A stretch of DNA of 64,000 nt from assembly GCA_963724765.1 (NCBI GenBank), contig CAVRVY010000002.1:416001-480000 (forward strand), given 5' to 3'. Under the pieces are notes generated by a model, which was not told the origin of the DNA, searched no databases, and saw nothing but the letters and a program-made list of their open reading frames with translations. Made by a program: the position numbers and the translations under genes. This DNA comes from an uncultured delta proteobacterium (GTDB lineage Bacteria > Desulfobacterota > Binatia > Binatales > Binataceae). This document shows, piece after piece, positions 47,355 to 57,959 of the stretch (its first letter is position 1; each line of letters opens with the position of its first letter).

Positions 47355-47658
47355 ATGGTGAGCGAAACGGACATCCTGCAGGCTCTGCGCGGAGTCAGTG
47401 ACCCTGAAGTCGGCGTCAACATCGTGGATCTCGGTTTGGTCTACAGTACCGAGATTCACGGCGACAGCGTGCGCATCGTGATGACGATGACGACGCCCGC
47501 CTGTCCGATGCATTCCTATCTCACGGAAGAGGTGCGACAGGCGGTTCTGAGCGGAGTATGCGGAAGTCGCAAACGTTGAAGTGAAACTGGTCTGGGACCC
47601 GGCGTGGTCGCCCAAAATGATTTCCGAAAAGGGAAAACGTCAGCTCGGCTGGCGTTGA
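47355..47658 (+). pseudogene. DUF59/SufT metal-sulfur cluster assembly factor, frameshifted near 47555
   Basis: DPE.G.NIVDLGLVY, TTPACP; the C-terminus VEVKLVWDPAWSPKMISE..KRQLGW is in another frame. Confidence 0.8.
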
Positions 47659-47935
47659 GCAAAAGCTTTCGGGGTGCTTCGAGAGGGGCTTGACGCCCTC
47701 GACGCCGCCTAAATTGCCCCTGACGATGAGGTCGAGGACGGGGGATGAACCATGACGCGAGCCGGAGTATTTGTGAGATGCGATTTTTTGAGGAAAAGGC
47801 AGTCTTGGAAATCCACAAGACTGACATCGCGGTAAGTCCGATCCGTGACTTTCGCGGCGGGTTCAGGGTCGCGAGGTATGAGCCAAAACTGTCCATACGC
47901 CGAAACAGGTCGCGGCGAACAAGCGCAGGTGGGGC

Positions 47936-49171
47936 GTGGACGAAAACCCTGACGAGCGGCCGGATCGCAGCGCGAGTACAGACACGACGCCAGCAAGCGA
48001 ATCTGCCCCAGCGGTTGATCGCACTCTCGGTGCCGTCCACTCGTCGGCTCGCGCTATTCTGAAGTACGCGCGCCTGCCACTTCTCGCGCTCTCTATTTTT
48101 GCGCTACTGGCTGCGCTGTGGGCCGGCCTGCTGCGTCTCGGTTGGAGTCTACCGGTAATACAGCCGGGTCTTTACGCGGCTCACGGCCCGCTGATGGTGT
48201 GCGGCTTTCTGGGTACGCTGATAAGTCTCGAACGCGCGGTAGCCCTTGGTAGGGGCTGGAGCTACGCCGCACCGGCATCAAGTGGCGTGGGCGCGTTCGC
48301 ACTGATCGTTGGAGTTCCCGATCCAATTGGAGCGTTCCTCATTACCCTGGGAAGCCTCGCTCTCATCGCGAACTTCGTCGCTATCCTACGGCGCCAGACC
48401 GCGCTGTTCACGATCACGATGGCTCTCGGCGCTGCCGCGTGGTTCGTAGGCAATTGTCTTTGGTTCGTCCACATCCCCATCATCGAGATGTTCTACTGGT
48501 GGGCTGGATTCCTTGTCCTTACGATTGTCGGCGAACGACTTGAGTTAAGCCGTCTTACCGGCCTCGGCGAGCCCAATCGCTTGTTGTTTGTCCTCGGGGT
48601 CGGCGTGTTCGTCGTGGGTCTCGCACTGGGGTTGCCTGACGCGGCCTTGGGACTTCGCCTCGCCGGCTTTGGGATGCTCTTGATGGCGCTCTGGCTCTGG
48701 CGCTACGACCTCGCCCGCCGCACCGTGAGACAGCAAGGTCTTACTCGCTTCATCGCGGTCAACCTGCTCGCCGGCTATTTCTGGCTCGGTGTCGGTGCGG
48801 TCGCGTGGCTGTGGTTTGGCGACGACCTGACGACCTTTCATTACGACGTGATGCTCCACGCTATTTTTCTTGGCTTTGTCTTCTCGATGATCTTCGCTCA
48901 TGCGCCGGTTATTTTCCCGTCCGTGCTGCAGAGACCGCTGCCTTACCGGCGCTCATTCTACGTCCATTCAGCGCTCCTGCATCTGTCGCTTGCGCTGCGC
49001 GTCGGGGGTGATCTCTGGGGCTCGTATCCGGCCTATCAGTGGGGCGGATTGCTCAACGTGTTTGCACTGCTGGTATTCGTCGGCAATACCGGAGGGGCAA
49101 TCGCATCCGGAATATTCCAAAGCGACAAGAGGCCAACACGAATGGCGGTTCTACATAGCTCCGGCAGGTAG
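47936..49171 (+). CDS. NnrS-like polytopic membrane protein
   Basis: HGPLMV.GFLGTLISLERAVAL, LTIVGERLELSR, HA.FLGFVFSMI.AHAP; ~12 TM. Confidence 0.7.
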   Translation: MDENPDERPDRSASTDTTPASESAPAVDRTLGAVHSSARAILKYARLPLLALSIFALLAALWAGLLRLGWSLPVIQPGLYAAHGPLMVCGFLGTLISLERAVALGRGWSYAAPASSGVGAFALIVGVPDPIGAFLITLGSLALIANFVAILRRQTALFTITMALGAAAWFVGNCLWFVHIPIIEMFYWWAGFLVLTIVGERLELSRLTGLGEPNRLLFVLGVGVFVVGLALGLPDAALGLRLAGFGMLLMALWLWRYDLARRTVRQQGLTRFIAVNLLAGYFWLGVGAVAWLWFGDDLTTFHYDVMLHAIFLGFVFSMIFAHAPVIFPSVLQRPLPYRRSFYVHSALLHLSLALRVGGDLWGSYPAYQWGGLLNVFALLVFVGNTGGAIASGIFQSDKRPTRMAVLHSSGR

Positions 49172-49178
49172 GCTCGGC

Positions 49179-49499
49179 ATGCATCGCAACAAAGTCCTGG
49201 TGATGAGCGAAGAGATTGAAATCGCCGAGCGCGACTGGCTCATCTGCGGCCTTCTGTGGGTGGCGATCGGAACACTCGCCTCCGGTCCTTTTGGCTTTAT
49301 CGCACGAGGGGCGCGCGTGCTTTTTGCACTCACTCTCTTTGTCCACACGATCGAGGCCCTGTATGTGACGTTTCGTTCGTGGAAAGCGGGACTAAGCCCG
49401 CAGACATGGTTTCTCCGGACGATCGTGCTGGGTGCGCTCGCCCTCCTGACACTGGAAACCCATCTCAGAAAACGGCCACGCCGGAGGTTGGTAAGGTGA
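49179..49499 (+). CDS. Small membrane protein
   Basis: 3 hydrophobic helices, H..E motif; stop overlaps the next start. Confidence 0.5.
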   Translation: MHRNKVLVMSEEIEIAERDWLICGLLWVAIGTLASGPFGFIARGARVLFALTLFVHTIEALYVTFRSWKAGLSPQTWFLRTIVLGALALLTLETHLRKRPRRRLVR

Positions 49500-50047
49500 G
49501 CTATAGGTGGTTTGTTCCGGTGCGGCGCGGTGGCCTCTACGAATACATTGCGGCCGAACACACTCTATTGGACAAACTGCTGGCTCAGGCCTCGGGACGG
49601 GACGGGGCAATCGACAGCGGAGCTTACGAACGCTTCCGCAATGGGCTGCTCAGACACATCAGCATCGAGGAAAAGATCCTTCTTCCAATGGCCAGGCGGC
49701 AACGGGGCGGCGCGGCGCTGCCGATCGCGGCGCGGTTGAGACTCGATCATGGCGCGCTGGCGGCGCTGATGATGCTGCCGCCCGTGGCCCACACCTTTCG
49801 CGCGATACGAGCCGTACTCGATGCTCACAACCCGCTCGAAGAAACCCAAGGCGGTGCGTACGAGCAATGCGAAAGTCTGGCTGATTCGGAGGTTGATGGG
49901 CTGCTGGCGCAAAGCGCGGTTACGCCTCCTGTGCCGGTCTCGCCTTGGATCGACAGTCCAAAAGTTCTGGCCGCAGCAAAGCGGGTACTGGCGCGCGCCG
50001 GTTACGGCGCATCGCTGTTGGATCCGGTCAACGGAGAGTTCGGATGA
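49496..50047 (+). CDS. Hemerythrin-domain protein
   Basis: EH..LD.LL, F..GLLRHI..EE.IL.P, DH, HN..EE. Confidence 0.75.
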   Translation: MSYRWFVPVRRGGLYEYIAAEHTLLDKLLAQASGRDGAIDSGAYERFRNGLLRHISIEEKILLPMARRQRGGAALPIAARLRLDHGALAALMMLPPVAHTFRAIRAVLDAHNPLEETQGGAYEQCESLADSEVDGLLAQSAVTPPVPVSPWIDSPKVLAAAKRVLARAGYGASLLDPVNGEFG

Positions 50048-50117
50048 TCCATCCTGCGGCTTCTCCAAAACACATCACCAGTTACTATGACGTCAGAAAT
50101 GGTGTGTGATGGACTTG

Positions 50118-51488
50118 TCAATGGTGGGAGGAGATGTGGTGCTTTTGAAGGAGAGAGTAAAAGGTTTTCCGATCGACACCGGCAGCTTTGGCCGCATGGC
50201 TGATATTATAGTCGTGCCTTTTTAGCAGCTCTGTAACGTAGCCAGCTTCGAACCGCGCCTTCGCCATCTTGAACGTCGGTGCCGGCGAGCTAATGGCGGC
50301 TTCGACAACTTGCGGATTGTAGATCTGTAGTTCTTCGGGAAGATCCTGCAGCGTGATCGTCTCCGTGCGAGCCACGGCGCAACTGTATTCGACGACGTTT
50401 TGAAGTTCACGAACGTTGCCGGGCCATGGGCAGCCCTCAAGGAGCCCGAGCACCTCGGAAGCAAAGCGTTTGGGAGCCGAGAAGCTCTTGCGGCCGCATT
50501 CTTTGAGAAAATGATTAGCCAGCAGGGCTACGTCCTTATCGCGCTTGCGCAGCGGAGGCAGATGCAGAGGAACGACATTCAAACGATAGAAAAGATCCTG
50601 CCGAAACTGCCGTTGCGAGACCTGTCCGCGCAAATCGCGGTTCGTCGCTGAGACCACCCTCACGTCGAAGTCGACGATTTTGGTTCCGCCGAGCCGGCGA
50701 TGCCGGCGTTCCTGAAGCGCGCGAAGAAGTTTTGGCTGGAGGCTCATGGGCAGTTCCGCTATTTCGTCGAAGAATAAGGTGCCGCGATGAGCCAGTTCCA
50801 TTAGTCCCGGTTTGGTATGAATTGCGCCGGTAAATGCCCCTTTTTCGTAACCGAATAGTTCCGCCTCAAGTAGATTCTCCGGTAAAGATGCGCAGTCCAC
50901 TGGAATAAATACGCCCTCGGACCTGTGGCTGCAGGTGTGTATTACCCTGGCAAAAAGCTCCTTTCCCGTACCAGACTCTCCAAAGATAATAATATTCGCA
51001 TCCGATCTCGCGACCCTTCCCGCCAGCTCCAACACCTGCTGTAGGGCGTGGCTTGCGCCCACGATGACTTCGGTGGAAGTTTGTTGTGGTCGGTGATCGG
51101 AAGATTGCGTCTGGAAGACGCGCTGCCGATGCCCTAAGCCCAGCTCCACCGCTACCTTCAGATTGTTCAGCGTGAACGGCCTGAGCAGATAGAATAAAGC
51201 CCCTTCCTTCAGGGCTTCCACTGCCGCCTCTATCGTCGCAAGGTTGGTCAGGATGATTAGTGGGAGCTCAGGATCGAGGTCGCGCAGAGGTGACTGCAGC
51301 CGTGAGCCGTTCTCAGAGAATGAGAGGATGTCGCATAGGAAGAGCCCGGGATGCTCAGACTTCAGAAATTTACGGGCCTCTTCCGGATCTGCCGTGGCGA
51401 ACGTTCTATACCCTAACGATCCCAGGTCTCGACTCCAGGCCTCAAGCGCCGCCTGATCGGAATCTAGAACGAGAATTCCTGGCGCCAT
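50118..51488 (-). CDS. sigma54-dependent response regulator (NtrC family)
   Basis: Receiver domain; GESGTGKE, ELFGYEKGAFTGA, FFDEI, DLFYRL, WPGNVREL; Fis HTH. Confidence 0.92.
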   Translation of the reverse strand: MAPGILVLDSDQAALEAWSRDLGSLGYRTFATADPEEARKFLKSEHPGLFLCDILSFSENGSRLQSPLRDLDPELPLIILTNLATIEAAVEALKEGALFYLLRPFTLNNLKVAVELGLGHRQRVFQTQSSDHRPQQTSTEVIVGASHALQQVLELAGRVARSDANIIIFGESGTGKELFARVIHTCSHRSEGVFIPVDCASLPENLLEAELFGYEKGAFTGAIHTKPGLMELAHRGTLFFDEIAELPMSLQPKLLRALQERRHRRLGGTKIVDFDVRVVSATNRDLRGQVSQRQFRQDLFYRLNVVPLHLPPLRKRDKDVALLANHFLKECGRKSFSAPKRFASEVLGLLEGCPWPGNVRELQNVVEYSCAVARTETITLQDLPEELQIYNPQVVEAAISSPAPTFKMAKARFEAGYVTELLKRHDYNISHAAKAAGVDRKTFYSLLQKHHISSHH

Positions 51489-51634
51489 TGTCGCTTTTGA
51501 TTCCAAATGCGTGTACGCCTGGCTTTCGGCCGGCGAATCGAATGGCGGGTTATCCACAAGGTCGGGAGACCTCCGTTGTTATGTACTCCTCTTACCGCAT
51601 GGAATGGCTTCTGTTCAATCTTCGGCTGCATGGC

Positions 51635-52570
51635 TCACTTTCGAGAGCGCGGCGGAGCTTCATCACGTAGCCATTTGGAACGAATCCCGATGCGACGCAA
51701 GGCGGCGACAGCGCGGCGAGGCTTTTCGAGATCACTCCATTCAACCCCAGCGACCGGAAGCACCGCCAGATTGCCCGGACACTTGGCCAAGATCTCGTGC
51801 GAAAAGTCCTGATCAGAGACAGTCGCATAAATCGCTTCAATCACCTCGCTTTCCCTCTCCGTACCGATCATTGAACGCACGTCGTCAAACGATGCAGCAA
51901 GTCGCGGCAAAACCTTTCTCATCACCGATAAAAGCACCGGAACCTGGGCCACGACAACCGAGCTGTTCCACAGACAGCCCGATTGCCATAAGCGCATCGC
52001 TAGTTTGTGGGGAGGCTTTTCCCAAAATCCTCGGATCTGAAACAGCTGCACATATTCGCTGATTCGATCGCCCATCTCGATCCAGCAATAATCAACTTCC
52101 GGCCCATCGGGGGTAGCGCCCAGCAGGACCAGCAGATCCGGACGGGCTCGGATTCCCTCGAAAGCGAGATCGACATGGCGCATAAAGGCTGCATCATCCT
52201 CTACATAATGATGCGACGGGAATATGGCCACCGCGGCGCCTGGTGCGATTGTCTGCCGAGCTAACGCGTAGAGCATCGCCGGAGCGGTTCCTCGATTTCG
52301 CGGTTGTACGACAAGTTCCGAGGGCAATAAATCGGATAGCAGACCTTCGAAGAACTTCCTATGGTTTCGCGTGACGACGGTCACAGTTCGTTTGGGAGGA
52401 AATGCAAGGGCGACACGCCGACGGGTCTGCTCCAAAATCGTTGATTCGCCGGCTATCCTACAAAATTGCTTTGGTACGTCTCGGTCCGCGCTTCTATGCG
52501 TTAGAGACTCCGGACCTTTCCGCGCCTCGCTGCCGCCGAGAATGATAGCCACCCGTTGTTCTGAATCCAT
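51635..52570 (-). CDS. Mannose-1-phosphate guanylyltransferase-like nucleotidyltransferase (no cupin)
   Basis: PKQFC, QP.NRGTAPA, F.EKP, WNS, WSDL; Gly-rich loop degenerate. Confidence 0.78.
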   Translation of the reverse strand: MDSEQRVAIILGGSEARKGPESLTHRSADRDVPKQFCRIAGESTILEQTRRRVALAFPPKRTVTVVTRNHRKFFEGLLSDLLPSELVVQPRNRGTAPAMLYALARQTIAPGAAVAIFPSHHYVEDDAAFMRHVDLAFEGIRARPDLLVLLGATPDGPEVDYCWIEMGDRISEYVQLFQIRGFWEKPPHKLAMRLWQSGCLWNSSVVVAQVPVLLSVMRKVLPRLAASFDDVRSMIGTERESEVIEAIYATVSDQDFSHEILAKCPGNLAVLPVAGVEWSDLEKPRRAVAALRRIGIRSKWLRDEAPPRSRK

Positions 52571-52676
52571 ACTCTAACTTTCACCGACGCTTATCGTGCG
52601 ACGCTTTCGCCGCGTGAACCACTACTTGCAGCGCGGTTCCGAGAGGGTGTCTAAGCGCCCGAAACATTCATCCTTG

Positions 52677-52692
52677 AGCAAATACGTTGCCA
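52677..52692 (-). promoter_or_regulatory. sigma54 promoter (leftward)
   Basis: Minus strand TGGCAACGTATTTGCT, GG-N10-GC. Confidence 0.65.
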
Positions 52693-52846
52693 GAAAGCAT
52701 AAGGCTTTTATCCTCGCCAATATGGAGCCGACCAAAAAATCTGTGGGAGTTTCGCCTGTCGCGCATTGGTTCCAGTTAGGGAGAAAGCGCCACAATCCGT
52801 CTCGAGAACAAGGAATCAATGCGGTCAAAATGAACTATTTGATATA

Positions 52847-52862
52847 CGGCAGGGTTCTTGCT
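52847..52862 (+). promoter_or_regulatory. sigma54 promoter (rightward)
   Basis: CGGCAGGGTTCTTGCT, GG-N10-GC. Confidence 0.55.
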
Positions 52863-53170
52863 GTGCGTCCACGAGATGAGAGTCAATGTCTGTACGACGT
52901 CAAACGGATTCGTCAGGGGCTCCGTGTGTCGATGTTCTGCAGTGAGTCATAGGTGCAAAACATTACGCGACAACTACGAGAGAACCAGTGCTTCGTGCAA
53001 AGCCTCATCTTGTCCGGCAGTTGCGCTGGCCGCATACCGCGGAGTAGCAACTCCAACGCATGTGCCCGAAGCTGTGATTGGAAGATCTGATCGAATGAAG
53101 TTGCGGTAGATATTCGGTGCAACTCGGAATTGCGGACGAGCCGCGGTTCGTCGTGCTTTAGGAGGATACT

Positions 53171-53845
53171 ATGTTGAGACCTGGCAAGGATAAAGGACTC
53201 GCGAGCCCCATCCCACTCGGATTAGCGGCGTTGGGAACGACGATCTTCCTCATGGGCGTGGCCATCATCTTTCAACCTCTCTCATCCTGGCCACCATATT
53301 TGATTCAAGCACTGTTGTTTGGTGGGCTGATTGAGTTGCTTGCCGGAATGTGGGCGTTTGCGTATCGCGACGCGCTCGCCGCGACGACATTTTCATTTCT
53401 CGGCGCGTTTTTCGGATGGTGGGGATTAGTCCATATGACTTTCCTTGGTCACGCCGCGGTGGTAGCCACAATGAACAGCATGGCGGCCGTGTTCATTGTG
53501 ACGGGTGTCATAACGCTTTACTTGTGGATCGCTTCATTCTACGAATTCGTGGCCTTCAACCTGGTTCTTCTGTTCCTATGGATCGCATTCGGATTGGTGG
53601 GCATAGCGATGTTCACAGGGATCGAGACGGTGGCGGTGGTCGGCGGGATTGCGGCAATCATCTCGGGCATTATTGCGGCCTACGCCTCCTTCGCCGCAAT
53701 CTACAACGCCACCAGTTTTCAGGACCACATGCCGCTGGGTGAATCGATCGCGGTCCGCAATCGGGCCGAACAAGACGAGATGGAGCGAATTCGGCGCATT
53801 CATCCTATGAATCACGTCGACAACAGAGCAGGCATGCATGCCTGA
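53171..53845 (+). CDS. GPR1/FUN34/YaaH (SatP-like) acetate/monocarboxylate channel
   Basis: A.P.PLGL, FGGL..LLAG.W, AT.F...GAF; 6 TM. Confidence 0.8.
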   Translation: MLRPGKDKGLASPIPLGLAALGTTIFLMGVAIIFQPLSSWPPYLIQALLFGGLIELLAGMWAFAYRDALAATTFSFLGAFFGWWGLVHMTFLGHAAVVATMNSMAAVFIVTGVITLYLWIASFYEFVAFNLVLLFLWIAFGLVGIAMFTGIETVAVVGGIAAIISGIIAAYASFAAIYNATSFQDHMPLGESIAVRNRAEQDEMERIRRIHPMNHVDNRAGMHA

Positions 53846-54328
53846 CCGTGTCGATAAACTTCAATAGTCTTCGGATTCGCCGCTAGCGGAGCGACTGAAA
53901 CACGAAAGTGCCAGTCATCATGAGACGACTTCGCTGACGGCGACCTCCGAAGGCTTAAACGGAGACAGAGTCACAAAATCGAGGCTACCAGCAGGCTCCT
54001 GGCACGAGGCTGGAAAGTGTGGGTGATTGCGCTGGTCGGTGCGGTTGCGGTGATCGTTGGCGTCAATGGCTGATGCAAAGGCGCGGGCGCGACCGTTGAG
54101 CGGTGGCGGCGATCACCGATCCTCGATGGTCGCGATCCGCAACATGGTCGTGAGAGGCAATCTCTCACGGGCGGCTGACGGCTTGGATCACACCGCGATG
54201 CATTTGTTAGGCGGCAAGCGGCTTGGCAGCAGCTAACGCGTTGGGCAGGAAGAAACGCCGGGCGCTTCGGGCAGTGGCATCGAGGACCCCAATGGGGGAC
54301 TGAAACACAGGCGACCAAACGGAAGAGG

Positions 54329-55795
54329 ATGAGCATTATGCGGCACAATTTAAAGCGGCATCGGGAACGCCCCGCGCGGCCATGGTGCATGGCATTCGCA
54401 GTCCTTGTGACGGCGGCCAGTCTGTGTTTCGCCGTCGGCACCGCAAGGGCGCAGGACGTCAAGAGCTATACCCGGGCGACCTTTGACCAGTGGTTGGCCA
54501 GGTACAAGGACGCCAAACCTGACTTCAAGGTCGGCGATGTTCTGACGGCCAAGGATATGGACAAGATTCGGCCATTCGTCTTTCCTGGCTATGCCTATTT
54601 TTTCAACTTCCCCCAGTTCAAGATGAAGATCGCCGCGCCTGTGGATCACACTCCGCGCAAAGACTACATGGCCTGCACGGAAAAGTACCAGAGCCAGGTT
54701 CGTCTGCTACCCGACCATACTATGGCCAACTATGTCTGCGGCCAGCCCTTCCCGAATTCGGAAATAACCACGAGCGATCCCGATGCCGGATGGAAAGCGA
54801 CCTGGGACTTCGAGTATCGCTGGCAGAATTTCGGCTTGTTAACAATTGCCCCTGCGACTTGGGATCGTTTCGGCGGCACCCATGAGATTCCGGCGTGGGA
54901 GGTTCCTCCCAGCGATTGGCTGTCGAACTCAGGTATCACGAATCTCAATTACACTTTGCCGTCGGCTGAACAGATGAAGATGATCTATGGCGGCGGCGGA
55001 ACCTTTCAGCGCACGCTGAGCGCGTTCTACAAGCGCCTGTATTACAAGCATCTCGCGATGCTGGAGAATCACACCTTGCCGGCACCCGGCGCGTCGCAGT
55101 TCGAGTTCAAAGAATTTACCGGCTTCTACTCGCCGTTCGACATCCGTGGCACTGCGTTCATCATCTATCGCTATGCCGACCCGCATCGCGAAGACGACGC
55201 CTAGGCCTACATCCCCAACCTGCGGCGCGTGCGGCGCATCTCGGCCGAGGTCAAGTCGGACTCGCTGCTAGGCACCGACCATACGCTGGAGGACTTCTAC
55301 AGCTTCTCCGGCCGTGAGCTCGAGTGGCACTGGCGCTTCCTCGGATGGAAGGATCAGCTCGCCGTTATGGATTCTTCGCACGAGTACACCTGGCTATACG
55401 GACCCAACGGAATCATGCCGAACGACACGTGGACGATGCGCCGCTTCGCGGTCATAGAACGCACGCCAACGTTCCCGCGGCATCCTTACAAGAGCGTCGT
55501 CGAGGACTGGGATTCGCAGAATTACGATGCATGGCTGATGGAAGCCTTCGACCACAGGAACAGGCTCTGGAAGGTTTGGGAATTCCAGAAGAAGTGGAGC
55601 GAGACCTTTAAGGGTGACTGGCAAGAGGCCATCAACAAGGGCGCCTACTCGACCGAGTTCCGGTCGGTGCAGGTGCTCGACGTGCAGAACGATCGCGGCA
55701 CCATCTGGATCGTTCCGGGTGGATTCCCCAACGTGAAGGGCGCCGAGTCCGAGAGGCTATTCGACATCAATAGCCTCGAACAGGTCCATCGCTAG
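54329..55795 (+). pseudogene. DUF1329 family protein with in-frame TAG at 55202-55204
   Basis: REDDA*AYIPNLRRVRRIS; the two ORFs are in the same frame and TAG replaces the expected TGG. Confidence 0.8.
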
Positions 55796-55890
55796 ACGAT
55801 GTTTTTTTTGAATAGTTTGAGGCTCTGGGTCGTCGGATCCTCTGTCGGAGATGCGCTGTGCATAGTCGAGCGGAAAAGGAGATAGGGCTC

Positions 55891-56214
55891 ATGGCTAGGA
55901 TCGGCGATACTACTTTTTTTGGCGTCAGCCGAACGGTATACGAGTTCGGAGTCTTTAATTCGAATAGCATTTTCAAGGACAGGGTTGCTGCCGTGTACGT
56001 TTTTTCCGCGACAAATGACAAGGGCCAGCACAAACCTATCTATGTCGGTGAAACGGACAAATTGGGTATTGACATACCACGCCAGAAGGCATTGCCAGTC
56101 ATACGCGGACGTGCGGCGCACGTTTGCGTTCATCTCGATGATGATGAAATGTCCAGAAGGTCGAAAATGGCGGATCTCATTGCATACTACAAGCCACCGG
56201 GCAATTTGGAATAG
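55891..56214 (+). CDS. Small GIY-YIG-like hypothetical protein
   Basis: AVYVF...PIYVGET...DLI..Y.P..N; AGGAG RBS; canonical Arg/Glu not obvious. Confidence 0.5.
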   Translation: MARIGDTTFFGVSRTVYEFGVFNSNSIFKDRVAAVYVFSATNDKGQHKPIYVGETDKLGIDIPRQKALPVIRGRAAHVCVHLDDDEMSRRSKMADLIAYYKPPGNLE

Positions 56215-56321
56215 CTTTCGAGATGTATCGGCAGGAGTCATCGCCTCCTGCTTAAATGCTTGCTTTACGCGCTTTCGAAGAACGCGAGAACGATTGCCCA
56301 TTTTCACGGAGGGCTGAAGCC

Positions 56322-57704
56322 ATGCATCCTTTGAAGTATTCCAACGGATGGACGCGACGCCACTTCCTGGAACAGGCCGCACGAGGCGTTGTGACCGCAG
56401 GGGTGATTGCTCCTCTATGGGAGGTCATCGGAAATACAGGCTCGCTTGAGGCTGCTTATCCGCCCGAGTTGCTCTCCCTCGAGGCCTATACCAAGGGCAA
56501 GCTCAAAGCGGGAGACGTGCTCAATGCCGAGAATGTTGATATCGTCAAAGATCTCCTCGACCCTGCGGCATACTGGCAAATCAAACATGACGGACGCTTG
56601 GTGGACCTCGCGCCGACCGAGACCGATCTCACCAAGCTCACGCCGGTGCCTTACCTGCAGGCGACTCTGCGCAACCGTGGCAAGCATAAAATCTTCCCCG
56701 ACGGCAATTGCTATACCCTCGACCACAAGGATTGGATCGGCGGCAATCCCTTCCCGGAGCCCAAGACCGCCGAGGAAGTTCTGATGGGCAATACCTTGAG
56801 TTGGGGCAAGCATGATACCCAGGCTCATCCCGTGCTCGACTGGGACACCGACGCCGACGGCAACGTCGAGTATCGGTACGCTTCCTACTACGTTGAGTGG
56901 CAGACTGTCGGGCGTCTGACACTCGACCCGCATCCGTATATGCCGGGCCGCGAGAGCCAGCTTCGCATTCTCGGCGGCAGCGTGCTCGCCCCCGAAGACG
57001 TCAACGGCACCGGCATCCTGCAGGTCTGGGCGTATGACCAGCACAAGCTCCCGGGCTATTACGTCTACCAGCCGACCACCAAGCGCGTACGCAGCTACCC
57101 TGTTGACCAGCGCTTCGAACCGCAGTTTCCGGGTAACACCTTCTTCGTTACCGAGTACTGGATGGCGGGTGACCCGCTACTGACCTGGGGCAACTTCAAA
57201 CTCGTCGGCAAAGGCCCGGTGCTCACCTGCGCGCATCACTGCGCCGATCTCGACAACCCCAACTGGATCCACAAGACCTGTGGCGGCAAGAGCGGCGTTA
57301 AGTACTGGCGCACGCGGATGGAACTGGTGCCTGAGGCTTATGTGGTCGAGATGCAGCCGGTGACGTATCCTCGCGCGCCGATTAGCAAGAAGAGAATCTG
57401 GTACCATGGCTCGACGCTGTGTCCGCTCACGATGATCAGCTACGACCGTCAGGGCAAGATGTGGAAGCAGTGGGAAGGCGGCTTCGATTACTACGAGCGC
57501 AAGCCCGGAATGAAGTGGATCGAGGGTGTGCCTGACCACTTCTGGAGCTGGACGCACGTGCATGCACACGATCTCCAGAGCAACCGTATGTCGCGCTTCT
57601 ACTATGCGCAGCAAGTCCCCGGCGGCTACCACGCCGATATCGACAACCCCAGGCTGTTCGGTGACTTCTGCTCGATGGAGGCTCTGGAGCGCCTGGGCCG
57701 GTAA
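56322..57704 (+). CDS. DUF1329 family protein with Tat signal
   Basis: TRRHFL; GG.PFPEPKTA.E, P.D..G, RVR, ISKKRIW, YDRQGKMWK. Confidence 0.8.
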   Translation: MHPLKYSNGWTRRHFLEQAARGVVTAGVIAPLWEVIGNTGSLEAAYPPELLSLEAYTKGKLKAGDVLNAENVDIVKDLLDPAAYWQIKHDGRLVDLAPTETDLTKLTPVPYLQATLRNRGKHKIFPDGNCYTLDHKDWIGGNPFPEPKTAEEVLMGNTLSWGKHDTQAHPVLDWDTDADGNVEYRYASYYVEWQTVGRLTLDPHPYMPGRESQLRILGGSVLAPEDVNGTGILQVWAYDQHKLPGYYVYQPTTKRVRSYPVDQRFEPQFPGNTFFVTEYWMAGDPLLTWGNFKLVGKGPVLTCAHHCADLDNPNWIHKTCGGKSGVKYWRTRMELVPEAYVVEMQPVTYPRAPISKKRIWYHGSTLCPLTMISYDRQGKMWKQWEGGFDYYERKPGMKWIEGVPDHFWSWTHVHAHDLQSNRMSRFYYAQQVPGGYHADIDNPRLFGDFCSMEALERLGR

Positions 57705-57959
57705 GGTCCCGGCAGTGCGACTGCAACACGGTTTGTCAAAATCCAGGCTGTCGCTGGATCTTTGACTTAACTATCAGGCGCTCAACGCGTGGCTCATCGT
57801 CGGCCTGAGTAGCGCTCTGGCTGACCACGCCCATCTGACTGTGACAGAAGCGCAGGGGCGGGGCACGAATTCCACTTTGGTTCCTCGGGGTCTTGGTGGA
57901 ATTAAGGGGGTCTGCTGTTGGCACGTGTTCTCCGGAGAACAATGTGATAAGCTCTCTTT

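Noticed and set aside
53925-54073. Short hydrophobic frame ...GWKVWVIALVGAVAVIVGVNG*
   Set aside because: No convincing start or RBS for the full frame; too short to support.
55202-55204. In-frame TAG as pyrrolysine or stop-codon recoding, tempting next to amine metabolism
   Set aside because: It sits at an expected Trp (TGG, one base away), many genes here end normally in TAG, and no pyl genes are in the window.
57736-57942. Minus-strand 68-aa ORF divergent from LysR, possibly a gene remnant
   Set aside because: No recognisable motif; cannot be supported without a search.
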